Shown: positions 1 through 13,061 of the stretch, one piece after another
Layout of the letters: the number at the start of each line of letters is the position of its first letter
Numbering within the stretch: position 1 is the stretch's first letter
Assembly: GCA_002633005.1 (NCBI GenBank)
Contig: NMRA01000106.1
Span: 12,737 to 76,736 of the forward strand
Length of the DNA: 64,000 bases
DNA from: Phoronis australis
Lineage: Eukaryota > Animalia > Phoronida
Reading direction: 5' to 3'
Notes under the pieces: generated by a model
The model's database searches: none
The model's input: only the letters and a program-made list of their open reading frames with translations
Told to the model about the DNA's origin: nothing
Made by a program: the position numbers and the translations under genes

Positions 1-154
1 AGGGCAGAGTATTGGCCAGGATTTAGTTCACCAAACATTTGCACCCCCGAACTGCCAAATGGGAACTGTGAGAATTTTAGGGAGGCCATAGCCCCCCTCT
101 AAATCCACCACTGACTAGTCAGCTAGCTAGTCCACTTGAACACAACCCACTGGA

Positions 155-2900
155 TCAGCGATGAATCCTCGGATTAAATGCAAGCAAACTTGGGAAGTGC
201 CGGTAGGCTGAAGCTTGTTGCGAGAATAGTGAGATCATACAAAACCATGGTTGGGAATGGGATGCAACAAGTTGATGCCTGTTATTCAGTGAAGAAATCT
301 GGTTCTCAAATTGCAGGACACTGGGAGTGGTCACATCATTACAGAACAATATACTATGTATGGGACCTCCTCAAAGGCAAAAGGTATAAGCCAAAGGCAG
401 ATCAGTAGTAGCATTAATAAAGGTCGAGCAGGTTACATCTTGTATTATCAGTGGTATGGTCTCGATTGGGTAAATAAAGGGCTAGGGACAGGGGAAGGTT
501 AATGACAGTGCTTGCTTTTAATTAATATACTCTTTCTTGGACTTTGAGTGTGCAACTAGGCCCTTGCAGACTCACTTTATCAAGAACACAATCCATCAGT
601 TTACATGGCAGAGGGCCTAAAGGGTGCTTCGAAAATCATCTATCCTCCTTGAATGTCAGCTGTTACAGACTTCTAGCATCGGTATTGGCAAGTTAACAAA
701 GGAAATAAACTTAATTAGTCTGGAAACAGGTAGAACACTGAAGTTTCAATTTCTGGTACACTCATACTTTTGTGAAAATGGGTATCCTATGGAATGCATT
801 GATCAATGTTATCTATGTACTGCTCAGATTGACATTTTATGTGATTACAATGTTTTTAAAGGTTCACCGTAATGTGCATCACCACTTCACCAACAATAAC
901 AATACTCAAGCAACAGAGACAACATAATTGGAGTACTGAGCCATGTGCAGAGGAATAGGCTTAGGTGGCAATTGATGTTCGGTCTCTTCACATGCAGGTA
1001 TTCTTGGAACTCTCGTTTCTCAACGCAATAGAACTGATTCTACATAATTTTTGTGTTATCAAATCATTCTTGATGTTTTCTTTCATCAGTAATCACACAA
1101 GCTTTATAGGTAACAAAACTGAAAACCTGTAATAAAATACATTTGCTATGTATCACTAAAATATGCCACATAAAATGCTGAAAATCATACTGTCTTAGAA
1201 CTTCATTAATTAAAACTTCACTAATAATGGACCACTGGCTTTTTGAAGAACAACAACCAGTTTGCAGCTATGAAAACAACATTCCCCTTCATGTTGAGGT
1301 CATGTTTAAACTACAACTCAAAATTAATATGGTTTGATTTTTTTCAGCCTCACATAAGTATATCTGAGGATGAGAGCATTGTATTCAACTTGCTGTGTCC
1401 ATATTCTCTGGGGTGGTGGGTATCACCAGCTGTGATTGTCATCAGGGTGTACCTGTGGCAGATGCTGAGGAGTGTCCACTACACTGAAAAGATCTATAAG
1501 AAGCAACCTGTCACCTGCATTTTGCTTATGCCTGTGAGTATTTCTTATGAAGACAGTCTTGGTTATCCAGTTTAGCACCCTCATTATGCACACATGTGAC
1601 TCTGTGAAAGGAAACACTGCTGACATGAAACTTGTAATAACCTTTTACCATTTTCCTTCCAAGGCTCTGGCTACAAAGATTTGGTCTTGCATTCAACAGA
1701 AATGTTTCAGACAAATACCCAAAACTCAATAATTTAACAAATAAATTATCTTAAAATATGGTCATAATTGTTACTTATTGAGAAAATGTGAGCAAATTAT
1801 TTCCAGGCTATTAGGTATTGATGATAACTGGACTAAACATTTACTTGGCAATTGTGAAGTGAAAACATTACGGCCCTGACAGTACGCCTGTGACATGAAT
1901 ATTCATAAAGACTATCTATGGATTATTGGCAGGTTCATGATCAGGTCCAGTTTTAGTCAAATTAAACAAAACACAATAAAACACATTCCTTATTTGAGTT
2001 TTGTTTATTGTTTACATGAAATTTAAGTATAAATACCAAAATAGCCATAACAATGGATTGCCAACAGTACATTCTATAAGGTATGTATAAATAAATCTTT
2101 TTCAATAAGACATGGAAAAATGTCACTAACAGCTTGTCCCATCAGCACGCCATGTTTTTGGTCACATCACGTGACCTAATGAATATCAATCTAAAAAGAT
2201 TTCTGCCCGTCCCTGTCTAGGGCAGAAATCTTTTCGGACATACATTCATTAGGTCACGTGATGTGACCAAAAAGATGGCGTGCTGACGGGACAAACTGTT
2301 CGCATTCTATAAGGTATTCAGCTTTTGATGTACACTAGTTAATGAAGAATTTTTTTGTCTTATACATGGCTATGAAGAAAATTTTGATTTTATTTTTGAT
2401 TCAGGACTTTTGGTTTCTTCTTCATAAATGAGGAACTGGCAAGAGTCTACTGTAATGATGTGCTGGCTTTCAACAAAGGTACCAACTACAACAAAAGGCG
2501 CCTACCCCAACATATTTTCGCAATGCAAGGGTTATGTCACAAATCGTACTGCTTTATCTACTTTGCTTGCAGTCAAACAAATCATGTTATTTACTCAGGC
2601 ACCATATTTTATGTGTCTAATGCATATTTGTTTTGTCTACTACTTAGTACTCAGATAAATGTGATTTCTTTGTGGTACTAATAAACAATATTTATGCCCA
2701 ATACCATTTCTTAGTTTCATACTGAAAATCGGATGAAGACTTAAATGTAATGAAACAGAACTGGTAAAGTTGCTACAAACCAACATTCCATCAACAATAA
2801 AGTAACTTTCAATTTATACCATTTTCTGCACCAGACCTCCTATCAGTAAGTTTCTTTACCCAGGTGAGGATGGGTTTCTTGGCTCGTAACAAATTCACCT
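155..2900 (-). pseudogene. Heavily decayed Kolobok-like transposase/KolX relic (scattered fragments)
   Basis: Minus-strand peptide scraps occur in the expected order: RNPSSPG (~2860-2885, cf. GRxDSPG), ITVDS..MKK (~2410-2460), LEGKW..TCVHN (~1580-1670), TQQVEYNALILRY (~1350-1395, cf. TxxLExFNxLILxY), SKSQWSII (~1225-1250), AYRHF (~195-210, KolX-like). Many stops and frameshifts. Confidence 0.35.
2128..2300. mobile_element. Palindromic MITE (~173 bp hairpin)
   Basis: Arms aacagcttgtcccatcagcacgccatgtttttggtcacatcacgtgacctaatgaat and attcattaggtcacgtgatgtgaccaaaaagatggcgtgctgacgggacaaactgtt are near-perfect reverse complements; a related motif recurs at ~35941-35965. Confidence 0.8.
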
Positions 2901-5900
2901 ACAGAAAATGACAAGCTGTTTCAAGGCAACTTGATACACTGAGGTTTGAGCTATAACGAACTGTCAGTTCTTTCTAATTCCATGAATCACCTGTACTTTG
3001 AGTAAGGAATGGGCCAAGACAATAAATAGTCAAAATCAAGAATTGGTTTAATTAAAGGAAGGCAGGTTCATAGCAGCTTTAACAGCAGTGACATAATCAC
3101 ATTAACAAACAAAATGGATTTCCACTGCCGAAGTTTAACCTGTATAACATCAAATGCATTTCACTGCAGTAATTCTCAACACAACAGAGATGTAAATGCA
3201 AACAAGAGTTGCAGCATGACATGTAATTAATCGAAATATGTTTGAAGTCATGGACACATTTATTTTACTTACGTAGTCAATTCGCACAACCACGTTTACC
3301 AACAAAAGCAGATGATGATGGTTGATAGACTCAACATGAACCAAGTTACATGGGCACTTCAATTAAAAAGCAGGTACTGTATCACAGTTTTGGAGTCAAA
3401 TGTAAGCAAACAGTGGTCAAGGATTGTTGGTTTGCATATATAAAAAGTAAAATGTCAGACTTATATGCTGTACGGTAAATGAGTAAGATCAAAAATATAG
3501 CTGTGCCCTTTCGTATTAACAACAGTCTATATCCACGTCAAGCTACTATGCAACGGTAACTTTAAAATTAGTGTCAAATGTTCACTGAAACAGTGATGGC
3601 TCTTTTGATAGATCAAATAACATTTGTTGTCATTTCAAAACCATTAATCGTCAAGGCAATGAACTGGGTGGCCCCTGGAAGTCATGTGTCAAGTTTGTGC
3701 ACGCCTTGTTTTTCTCTCAAGCATCTGCTAATTATAGACACTGGTGGCACTGGAGTATAGACCTTTCTTAATCCTTGACAGCATTACTCTTGGATTTCTC
3801 TCTGAAGTACCTATGTAGCCTGTAAGTGTAAAATATTGTGAAAAGTTACAATATAATTGAGCACTGAAACACTAAAACCAAAAATACAGTGCAAAGAAAA
3901 CCACCATTGGGTACAAGTAATGATAACTGTACCTATACCACCAACGGAATGCTAGTATCAACAAGTGTGAGAGGTTGCAAGTTAGAAAGATGGTGCAAGA
4001 ACTAATGCACGTATTGCCATTTGACTCTTTGTATAAATCTTCATTGCATCATGATAACTTTTGATGGCCATTGCAAAACACTTAATGGTTTAAGTGGATC
4101 CTAGAGTTCTAAGACAAGAAATTGAACTCATGGCAACATGGTTATGTCCCAAGTGCTACTCAGCAGCCGGTCATACTATTGTCGTGTTTTAACAAGCAGT
4201 AAGAAACCTACATTGAGAGAAAATACAGTTGCATTTTCACAGAAAAATTTCTGCGGCTATAAACCCTGTTATCCGTGCAACTTAACTTTTGATTTTAACC
4301 ACTTTCCTCATTCAGATGAGAAATAAGTTTTGGTCTTGCAAGAACTGTAAGTTCATTATGGTTGTGACCATGTCAGGTGAATGAAATGACATGCTGTGAC
4401 ACGTCAACCCAAAGAAACTCTCAAGAAGTAACAAATTGCTGGAGATTTTCAAGCCCAAAATTCACACCTTATTTTTATCAAGGAACAATTCGAGATCAAT
4501 ATCAAGAGTAGACACAAACCTTTGATCCAGATTGTGAGGATGCAGGTGACAAAGAAGATAAGGACAAGGGTGAACAACAGCTCTGAATCCCTGCAAGATG
4601 ACAATAGTGGCATTTGTAAGAAGACATTCAGTTTAAAATTTATTCTGAGGCCTCTACACTGAAAACTCAGACATGTACATATGAATCTGAAAAAGTGACA
4701 TTGAATCCACGGATGGAATCGTAAAAGGGCAAATTTTCAAAATAAGGTTTTTAGAAATCGTAATTGCTCCCCACACCAAACATTATGCACAAAATTTCAA
4801 CCAGCAGCAGGAGTTAGTTTGCATTTATAAACAGCTGTAAGCGAGTTGAAAATTTTCACATGCAAATTAATTACATTACAAATGTTCTTTGCTCAACTGG
4901 ACATCCTCCAAAGCACTGATACAATAGAATAAAAACTTCACACTAAAGTACGGTTTACACAAACCTAATATAAATAACTCAAATGAAACACTGTTTCGTG
5001 CATTTCAATGTGCATTTCCATGTTTTAATGTGGAGCAGTAGTGACACCATCATCTGCGAAGTGCACTCATCCTTAAAAAATATCTCTAATATTTGTCTTG
5101 TAAGCTGCTTGACTGTATTCATAAGTTTAGGTGTAAAAGTCTAGGTCCAAGCAGTTTTTTTAGTAAAAAAGCTCGCTACAGGGGGTTAGTTTGAAAACGC
5201 AGATGTAAACGCTTTGATCTATGTATTTTTGTAAAAAAATCAGTGTGGGGGGTTGCTGGTGCACTGCACGGTGGTAGGGGTAATGCGTTGTCGGAATCAC
5301 GGACACTCCGAAATATTGGGAATCCCATTTTGGACACCCTATTTTCGAAATCCTGGGTGAATCCCTGAATAGAAATTGAACAGGCTTTAAACAAGGCATG
5401 TTTAAATACTGTAAACGAAACAGTGATATCTTTGGTTAGGATTGTGAGTTGTGAGTTGAATAAAATGTGAAATGTCACTCCATGAGATATTAAGGAAATG
5501 AATGAAACAATACCTCAAGGTTTCTTCAGGTGATGACCAGTNNNNNNNNNNNNNNNNNNNNNNNNNNNNNNNNNNNNNNNNNNNNNNNNNNNNNNNNNNN
5601 NNNNNNNNNNNNNNNNNNNNNNNNNNNNNNNNNNNNNNNNNNNNNNNNNNNNNNNNNNNNNNNNNNNNNNNNNNNNNNNNNNNNNNNNNNNNNNNNNNNN
5701 NNNNNNNNNNNNNNNNNNNNNNNNNNNNNNNNNNNNNNNNNNNNNNNNNNNNNNNNNNNNNNNNNNNNNNNNNNNNNNNNNNNNNNNNNNNNNNNNNNNN
5801 NNNNNNNNNNNNNNNNNNNNNNNNNNNNNNNNNNNNNNNNNNNNNNNNNNNNNNNNNNNNNNNNNNNNNNNNNNNNNNNNNNNNNNNNNNNNNNNNNNNN

Positions 5901-7099
5901 NNNNNNNNNNNNNNNNNNNNNNNNNNNNNNNNNNNNNNNNNNNNNNNNNNNNNNNNNNNNNNNNNNNNNNNNNNNNNNNNNNNNNNNNNNNNNNNNNNNN
6001 NNNNNNNNNNNNNNNNNNNNNNNNNNNNNNNNNNNNNNNNNNNNNNNNNNNNNNNNNNNNNNNNNNNNNNNNNNNNNNNNNNNNNCCCGCCACAATTCTT
6101 TACACCACCTGCTACATTGTTCTGCTAGTTGAAATCGATCTAAAAGCCCTTTTGTACTTAATTTCGGTCTGAGCAGAGTGTCGACATGAACTGGAAAGTT
6201 AATTGAACCGTTTTTACCGGCTTTGGATGTCTAAGTAAACTGTAGCTGAAGATGTTGTCATCGAAGTTATCGCAACGTAGTGCAGATGCAACACCAGGAT
6301 TTTTTAATGTGAAAATTTGAGAACATTGATATGTTCTAATGGACACAAAAACCTATTTCTAATTCAATTAGTGACTATTCGAGCAAAATATGAGCAGCTT
6401 TTAGCAACGACATTACCCTGTAATTGTCGATGATAGCAGTGGCCCCTGACAATAACTTTTTCGATATGACCGAAGTTGATCATTCATACTACCGTACACC
6501 ACAGCATCGACGCTCCGCTTGTCTACTGTGAAGTCAACTGGCACAGTTAACTTCGATTCAGGACCGAAGTCAACCCTCCATACTGACTGCAACTCCCCAA
6601 AACATCTCCATGTCGACGTTAGAATGAAAGGGCCTTACCAGTTTTAACTACATATTAAACATTAACATGGTGTAACTAGTCCGGGTCAGCGTGAATCAGT
6701 ACTACTACTAGTAGTAGTATTAGAACAAAAACTGAACAGCTGATCGAATTGAGGCTCTTCAAAATGAATCGGGTCCGATGTATGCTGACTTAGATCAGAC
6801 ACCCATCAGTGAATGCTCTAACTGTGTATACGAGTCATTGAACATTTCACAAACAGCACACTTACTGACTTATACTTGTCCATCGAAAGCCTGGTATTGT
6901 TCATTTGTTGTAATGTAAAACCTTCAGGAGTTCGAACATTCAGTCTTGTCCTTATTGTTTCTCACCTATCCAACAAGTCGCTTACAGGTACACGGTTTGT
7001 TGGTAATGCCGCTTTTTGTACTGGCTAAAACGTCTTTTTCTGAATCTCGTAGAGCAGGACGACTGCGTTTCGCCTTCGGACGTACACTACATAGACCTA

Positions 7100-7165
7100 T
7101 TAGTCTCCGCCATTTGTTATGTATAAATTCTGTTGACCTCTAGATCTGTGGCTGCGCATGCGTTG
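7100..7165. promoter_or_regulatory. Possible core-promoter motifs (YY1-like CCGCCATTT, NRF1-like TGCGCATGCG)
   Basis: ccgccattt at 7107-7115 and tgcgcatgcg at 7153-7162 in a CpG-richer patch; minus-strand donor-like gtgag at 6961-6965. Target transcript not identified. Confidence 0.25.
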
Positions 7166-7766
7166 TTGTAATGTTTATAATCTGTTTAGCATCCCGGATA
7201 CCAAATTCTTTGTAAACATTTCATTCGTTTGTAGTATTTAATAAGATTTTTTTCAAAATTTTTGCACAGGTTGAAAGTAAATAACTTTTTGAACTCCATG
7301 TCACATCAAAAAACCGGCTTAAACGGAGTTCAGATGTTTTTTCTTCTATAACTCGGACCATAGGCCTTTAATACCTTTCCGACAGATGGCGTATCGTGTG
7401 CATACAGAGACCATGGACAAAGTCAATTTTTTCGGTTCATATCCTACGACGTCCAGCAATTTCAAAGTCAAGTTCGGATAAACGCGGCATCTTCAGGCAG
7501 TTACGTATAATGCTAAGTCTCCCCATCACTTAAAGCAAATACCTGAATGTAACACTTAGGCCAATTAAAAAAACGTCTAAGTGCTATACGGAGATGGAGA
7601 GTCAAATTTGAAAAATTGTTCAGTAAATTATGCAACGTTTCGTAGCCGGTGTTTCGGACACCTGGAAGCGCACAGGAAGCGTAGCAGTGAATCCCGGGTT
7701 CTATGTCATAAAAGGTCAAAAGTATAGACCGACGGTCCTGGCTAAAATGACCTTGACCTTGGTACG

Positions 7767-7939
7767 CATGCGCGCACCCAGGTGGGNCCCCCCCCCCCCC
7801 ATTTTAACGAAGTGGGCAAAAAGGTCAGCCTCGGAGAAACAAAAAGTCAGAGAAAACGAAATAAATGTCCACTAAAAAGGCCAATGCATGACTCTGAACG
7901 TTCGAGTCCCCCCCATATTTTAGGCTGGGTGCCCTCATG
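7767..7939. mobile_element. MITE family A (CATGCGCGCACCCAG...CTGGGTGCxxxCATG)
   Basis: Terminal inverted repeats; the same internal sequence (gaagtgggcaaaaaggtc, cccccattttaggctgggtg) recurs at 30137-30371, 38928-39133, 47041-47279 and 50214-50451. Confidence 0.75.
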
Positions 7940-10022
7940 GTGCGGTGTCCAAAAAGAGTGGCCTGGACAAAACGACCGGCTTTAGATAGACCTGAAAGCC
8001 TGGTACTTATTGGTTTCTAAGCCTGAACGTCAGGTTAAGTTGTCAACGAGTTCAAATCGAGGTTATGTTACTCCCATTTGATGTTTTCTGATATTTTTAC
8101 AAGCAAGATGGTACGCAGATAATGATTAGGTGTAATCGGAAAGAGCAGACAATGTTTTACTATTTAGCTTATTTTCGGTAAAATTATTTTCCAGGAAACT
8201 GAAATATTTAACAGTTTATGACTGGGACCGCGGCGGTCATACAAAGCAAGCTTTTGTGTGCTGCTTCCATTAGTTGGAAATAATTGCTTTAGTAGTTTTG
8301 CCAATAATTAGCAAATAATTTATTTGAATACTTATTGATCTCATTAGCATAGTGTTCTTGAAAGAGTGATTGTCTATTGACTACTTTTGAATGTTTTGTT
8401 AATATTAAGCACATACCTGAACACTAATTGATTTCATTGGAGTTATGTTCTTGAAAGGGTGATTGTTTTTAGTAGCATGTAACTGATTGATGTAATCTGA
8501 ACCAAACTAGAACCTAGTATATGTTTGTAGGATGATTGGGTAGATTCCGGAACGTTCTAGATTTTTTGAATTGGAGAAAAGTTCTAGAACATTGCGCTAG
8601 TCGATAAATACCCAAGCACGGGTTTGTTACAGTCAGTTGAGATTTGAAAGTCAGCAATAGCTGGAGCATCCCCCCAACAGACATTACGTCAGGAGTTTGT
8701 TTGAGAGGCACTGAACACTTCTCACAGGGATTTGCCAATCAGAACACACGTCAATGGACTCTTCACCCTTTCTTCACTTTGTCAAAAACTGCATGCAAAT
8801 AAAGAAAAGTTTTGGGTCATTTCACATCACAGGCTCTACAGATGAGCACAGAAACTTTGATCTCTCTTGTATTTTTGACCCTTTCACTCCCAGTGGAAAC
8901 CAAGCTGAACTAAGAAAAATAAGGGCAAAAAAATGCAAAATCGGCAGTTTTCACCTCAAAATCACCACTTCTCTGTCGAAGCTCGACGAAAGCCAACATT
9001 AGATTCCGAAAGCAAATTCCCTACCGATTCCAAAAATGTGGTCCAAAAGTACTGTCAACTAACTAGTTTTTTTTGAAAATCTGGCTTGTTTGAGGGCTAC
9101 CTGAAATCGCGGCCAGTTTCTCAGTTGCTACACAGCAATGCACAATCGCAACAGGGGGCCACCATCTTGAAGAAGAGTGCAACTACAGCCAAGAAAGTGG
9201 CTTTTTTCATTCTCATCATGTTCACAAATACAAAAAACACATTCACTTGGCTTACATACAATACCTAACTAAAATGCCCCCAAGCCTGGCCTAGCCCTAG
9301 ATTTTAATATTTTGGGAGTGCAAACTGGTCGCGGTAGCAGTCTAACTGTTCAGTGCCACCTTGAGTAGGTTTGTGAATATAGGGTCGAGATCAATAAAGT
9401 GATTAACTTAAACCAGTCTTCAGTCAATCGTCGCACCGAAAGCTATTAGGCCTAGCACCGGTCGGTGACCACCTGTGCCCACCCACACACGGGAAAAAAG
9501 TTGACATTTATGTATTGGCAAGGTTAGATTAGTATGTCATGAATTCGATGAACTTTCTTTGAATTCTTCTGCACACAAATTTGTTGAAGGATTGATTCCC
9601 GTCACTGCATGGTTCCCGCGAACTTGCTCTTACTTTCAGGACATTTTTACTCTTTTCGGGTTATTGTAAATTTAACACATCGTAGCTCCACGTGTTCCTT
9701 ATCTTGTTGGTTCATGTTATTGCAACTNCCCCCCCCCCCCCCTAGCTATTAGTTTGGGCTCCTAATATTTGAAAGCTAACGGTCCAGTTTGGTTATAGTC
9801 AGTTTTAGGTAAAGTATATCCCTACCCAAACTGGAAAACCTTTACCATAGTCTACAGGCGTCTTCCCAGCCCTTTGCGCTGAATCACTGCTCGCAAGTCT
9901 TCCATGGGGAAAACCAACAAGTTAGATGCGTCGGTCCAAACTGAAATTTTGCTTGTAAACATGTAAAGGTAATTCTGTAATATTTGTCCATCGTTTACAG
10001 TATCTACGGCAACGAAGAAGAA

Positions 10023-10160
10023 ATGGCAACAGGTACCACCATATGCGATGAACAAAATAGTGCGTTCACAGGTCTATCTGAATCCACAGCGTATTGTAGC
10101 TATGGCGATGTAAAACCTGAAGACTCTGACACTGACCAAGAAGAACGCGGTTACACAATG
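10023..10160 (+). CDS. Probable first coding exon of the TIGR04141/DUF6119-like gene (MATGTTICDEQ...EERGYTM)
   Basis: Acceptor tttacag at 9994-10000, ATG in good context (gaaATGG) at 10023, and a phase-0 donor ATG|gtacgt at 10160/10161 that matches the phase-0 acceptor at 15102/15103. Confidence 0.55.
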
Positions 10161-10289
10161 GTACGTGCAAAATACATGTTTTTGTGTTTTATTTATTCTT
10201 TTCCTGTTGACCATTTCTTTAGCTCGTACATAATTGTTCTCCGAATTTCACATCAATAGGTCCGTCTAAAGAGTGACTAGTTCTTAGAA

Positions 10290-10341
10290 AAGACTAGACG
10301 GCTTCGATCTATGGCATGAAAAAGGTTGCCTTCCCCTTTAA
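10290..10341. mobile_element. Isolated Kolobok-like terminus with TTAA
   Basis: atggcatgaaaaaggttgccttcccct|ttaa is the near reverse complement of the terminus ttaa|aggccaaggcaacctttttacatgccat at 19659. Confidence 0.6.
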
Positions 10342-10717
10342 AGATTGCCTGGCATTGCCATTCATTCTTTCAGCACGCTTTGCTCATTTCAGTGCTTAGT
10401 CTATGGTGAGAGAGGTTTTTCATGGAGTTGACACTGCTGGTAGCACCACAACAGAGTAACGTAGGTTCAGTACCAGTACATATCCACAACAATATCTAAA
10501 GTAATTCTCAAAAAACACCTTCACAAAATCAAGTCATTAAAAATGAGGTTATTTCACACAACACATGGACTTGCGAAAGCAAAAAGTTATCCGCTTAACG
10601 CTATTTGTTCTTAGCTTCTGATAACACGAGTTCAATGAGTCTGGGGTTTGCACAATTATAGTCAATCGTCTATGAACAAGGAAAACATTTGCCAACAGTT
10701 CATCAGTAGATCATTGT

Positions 10718-12007
10718 TTATGTGTTGACGGTTGATTTACCATATATTGTAATTAATTGTGCATGCATTAAAATTCTGCGATGTGTGAGTGTGCACTGCA
10801 GTTTGCACGAAGTGCAACGATGACTAACATGAGAGGATTGCTCTATGGAAGTGATCCAGGCAGACAGCACCAATGACATGGGCAGGTAGGTTGTTCCAAA
10901 AGACTGCAGGCAAGCGGTGCGACACTGAGGTGTCACGAAGTACATAGGTAACGGGGATGACGATGGCCTGATGGACAATTTTATAGAATATGGAAAGAAG
11001 AGGCAAAATTCTAGGGTTTGGCAATTTAATGATTCGACCATTTCACTGACTGAGGAATTTTTGTGATATTTATCCAGGGTAAATCTTGGAGCTCGTCGAA
11101 GCACCTTTTCAATCAAGCTTTTGTGTAGAGTGACCTTACTCTAGTTTTGGTCGGATTGTAGCGCATAAGCTATTTTCTTGATTTTCTGAGGAGTGTGTCG
11201 AATGTTTGGTATACGAAATCCAAGGGTTTTACAGGTAGAAGCACCAGTTGTATTGATATGAGAATTCCAATTGAGGATGGTTGGAGATAGTAATTAATGC
11301 CAAGATAGATTATTTTGCCTTAGGCAGATGTGAAAGAAGCGAGTTATGGACAAAATAGTTCTGGAAGATAGGTTTCTTTTTTCTGATCTACATGAAGAAC
11401 ATTGCACCTCTGCATACCCAAACTGATTCTCAATGAGAAAGTCTTTCTACTTCCGAGCCAAGGGAGATGAAAAAACGACCTTCGACAGTTAGTTTGTAGC
11501 TAACCTGCGGGTGAGGAAACTCGCAAATTTTCGTTCTAAGTATACAGTCGTCTGCAAAGAAGACAGGTTTTGAGGCAGGTCATTGATGAATCGGAGGAAG
11601 AGGATTGGTCGAAGGACAGACCCCTGAGGATACCCAGTGAGTACATGGGAGATGCTAGATGATTCGCCCTCTACAAGAACACACTGTGCTCTATTGTTAC
11701 GAAATGAGGCAATCCAATACTTTGCGAGTCCACGGACTCCAAAGAAATCAATTTTGTTAACAAGTCTAGAATAATGTACTTTGTCGAAAGCTTTACTAAA
11801 ATCCATAATGACGACATCGGATTTGGTGCCAGAGTCCATCTTGAGAAAGAGGCTGTTTGTGAAAGTGAGAAGTTGCGATTCACATGATTCACAGTGTTCT
11901 CCGATACCACCTATCAGTTTAATTTTTTTAAAAATTAAAATATCGCCGTTCAGATACATGTTTTTGAGATACTGTACCATGATTTTTTGCATTAACACAG
12001 AAAGCAT
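10718..12007 (-). mobile_element. Degenerate non-LTR retrotransposon (LINE, CR1/Jockey-group-like) reverse transcriptase relic
   Basis: ORF 11489-12007 has RT motifs DVVIMDFSKAFDKV and GYPQGSVLRPILFLRFINDLP; downstream IEKVLRRAPRF is typical of the LINE ORF2 C-terminus. Frameshifted; lies in the intron of the DUF6119-like gene. Confidence 0.85.
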
Positions 12008-12437
12008 CTACGACAGATAGAGTATCCACTCCTTGACCTAAGTGCTATTAGAGATAGCATCATCTGTTCATCTGCACTGTCAATTAACGCAGGACAGTAC
12101 ACACACAGCACAGCAATGCATGACATAGTCCAGCGATCTTATGTTAACAAACGGGAGCAATGTCAAGGAAAATAATAGAATGTCTATATATATATATGCT
12201 CACTGGTCTCGTCTCTCAGCCACGAGCGCTCCGCTATCGTCTCTTCAGTCCATAAAACAACAATGTGGCCGTCCAATGGGATTTCGCTAGATTTGTCTCC
12301 CTGTGTACGGTCTCTGACAGAACCACTCTCATTCTCTAGGTAGTTACCCATAATGGCTCACATGTGTTACTCTCTTGCCTTCCTTCCTTTGCTAGGCATT
12401 ATCTCATGCCCTAATTATTGTGTAATCCATCATTGTA

Positions 12438-12727
12438 CATAGGGGGATTTAGGGGGGGNCCCCCCCCCCCACTTGGCCACCGCAAGCAAAATGAAGCAGC
12501 GTGAAGCGTGAGGAAATATTGAGTTCAGGAGCTAGGACCGCTAGCGGACGAGGGGGGGAAACACGTTCCCGTTTTTTTTCAGTCCACCGATAGATTTTAT
12601 GAACAGAAGGTCTACATCTTCGGCCCCTGCACCTTTCGGGCCGCCTGTGTGCACATACAATCGCGGTTTGCCCGATTCCCCGAGGATGTTGCCCCCCCCT
12701 CCTTATGGTATCCTAGATCCGCCACTG
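12438..12727. mobile_element. GC-rich TIR MITE (CAT/CAG-GGGGATTT...GATCCGCCACTG family B)
   Basis: Termini catagggggatttagggggg and cctagatccgccactg; related ends at ~100-113, 53030-53040, 53488-53840, 60277, 61446 and 63725-63738. Confidence 0.65.
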
Positions 12728-13061
12728 TTGTAATGCAAGCAAACCTGTGTTATTGACATTTGCGCTGCATTGCCGACATCAAAAAATGGCAAAACGGGTG
12801 AAATGCTGGATGTGCATATCGCGGATTCGGTTATTGAGAGTCCATGATGATAACAAAGCAATTAGGCCTACTTGGAATATAAGACCATGCTTTATTATAG
12901 AGTATGACCTTTTACTCAATTATAAGGCCATAGCCTTATAGCATGGGTCATTTACATTTTAAGTGTACCGAAAAAACGCCCTATTTTGGCTATAACGCCA
13001 TGGCTTTACATTCCAGGTAATATGGTATCTTCTCAGTTAGAAGTCCGTTCAACTGATTTAA

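Noticed and set aside
4519-4591. Exon-like segment (cag|DSELLFTLVLIFFVTCILTIWIK|gt) suggesting a minus-strand gene or LMBR1
   Set aside because: It could not be joined into a consistent multi-exon ORF, shows no recognisable LMBR1 similarity, and neighbouring pieces look like decayed transposase.
5502-6132. Long X-rich ORFs (also ~27300-27950, 51576-52136, 54236-54653, 62375-62866)
   Set aside because: Artefacts of N gaps.
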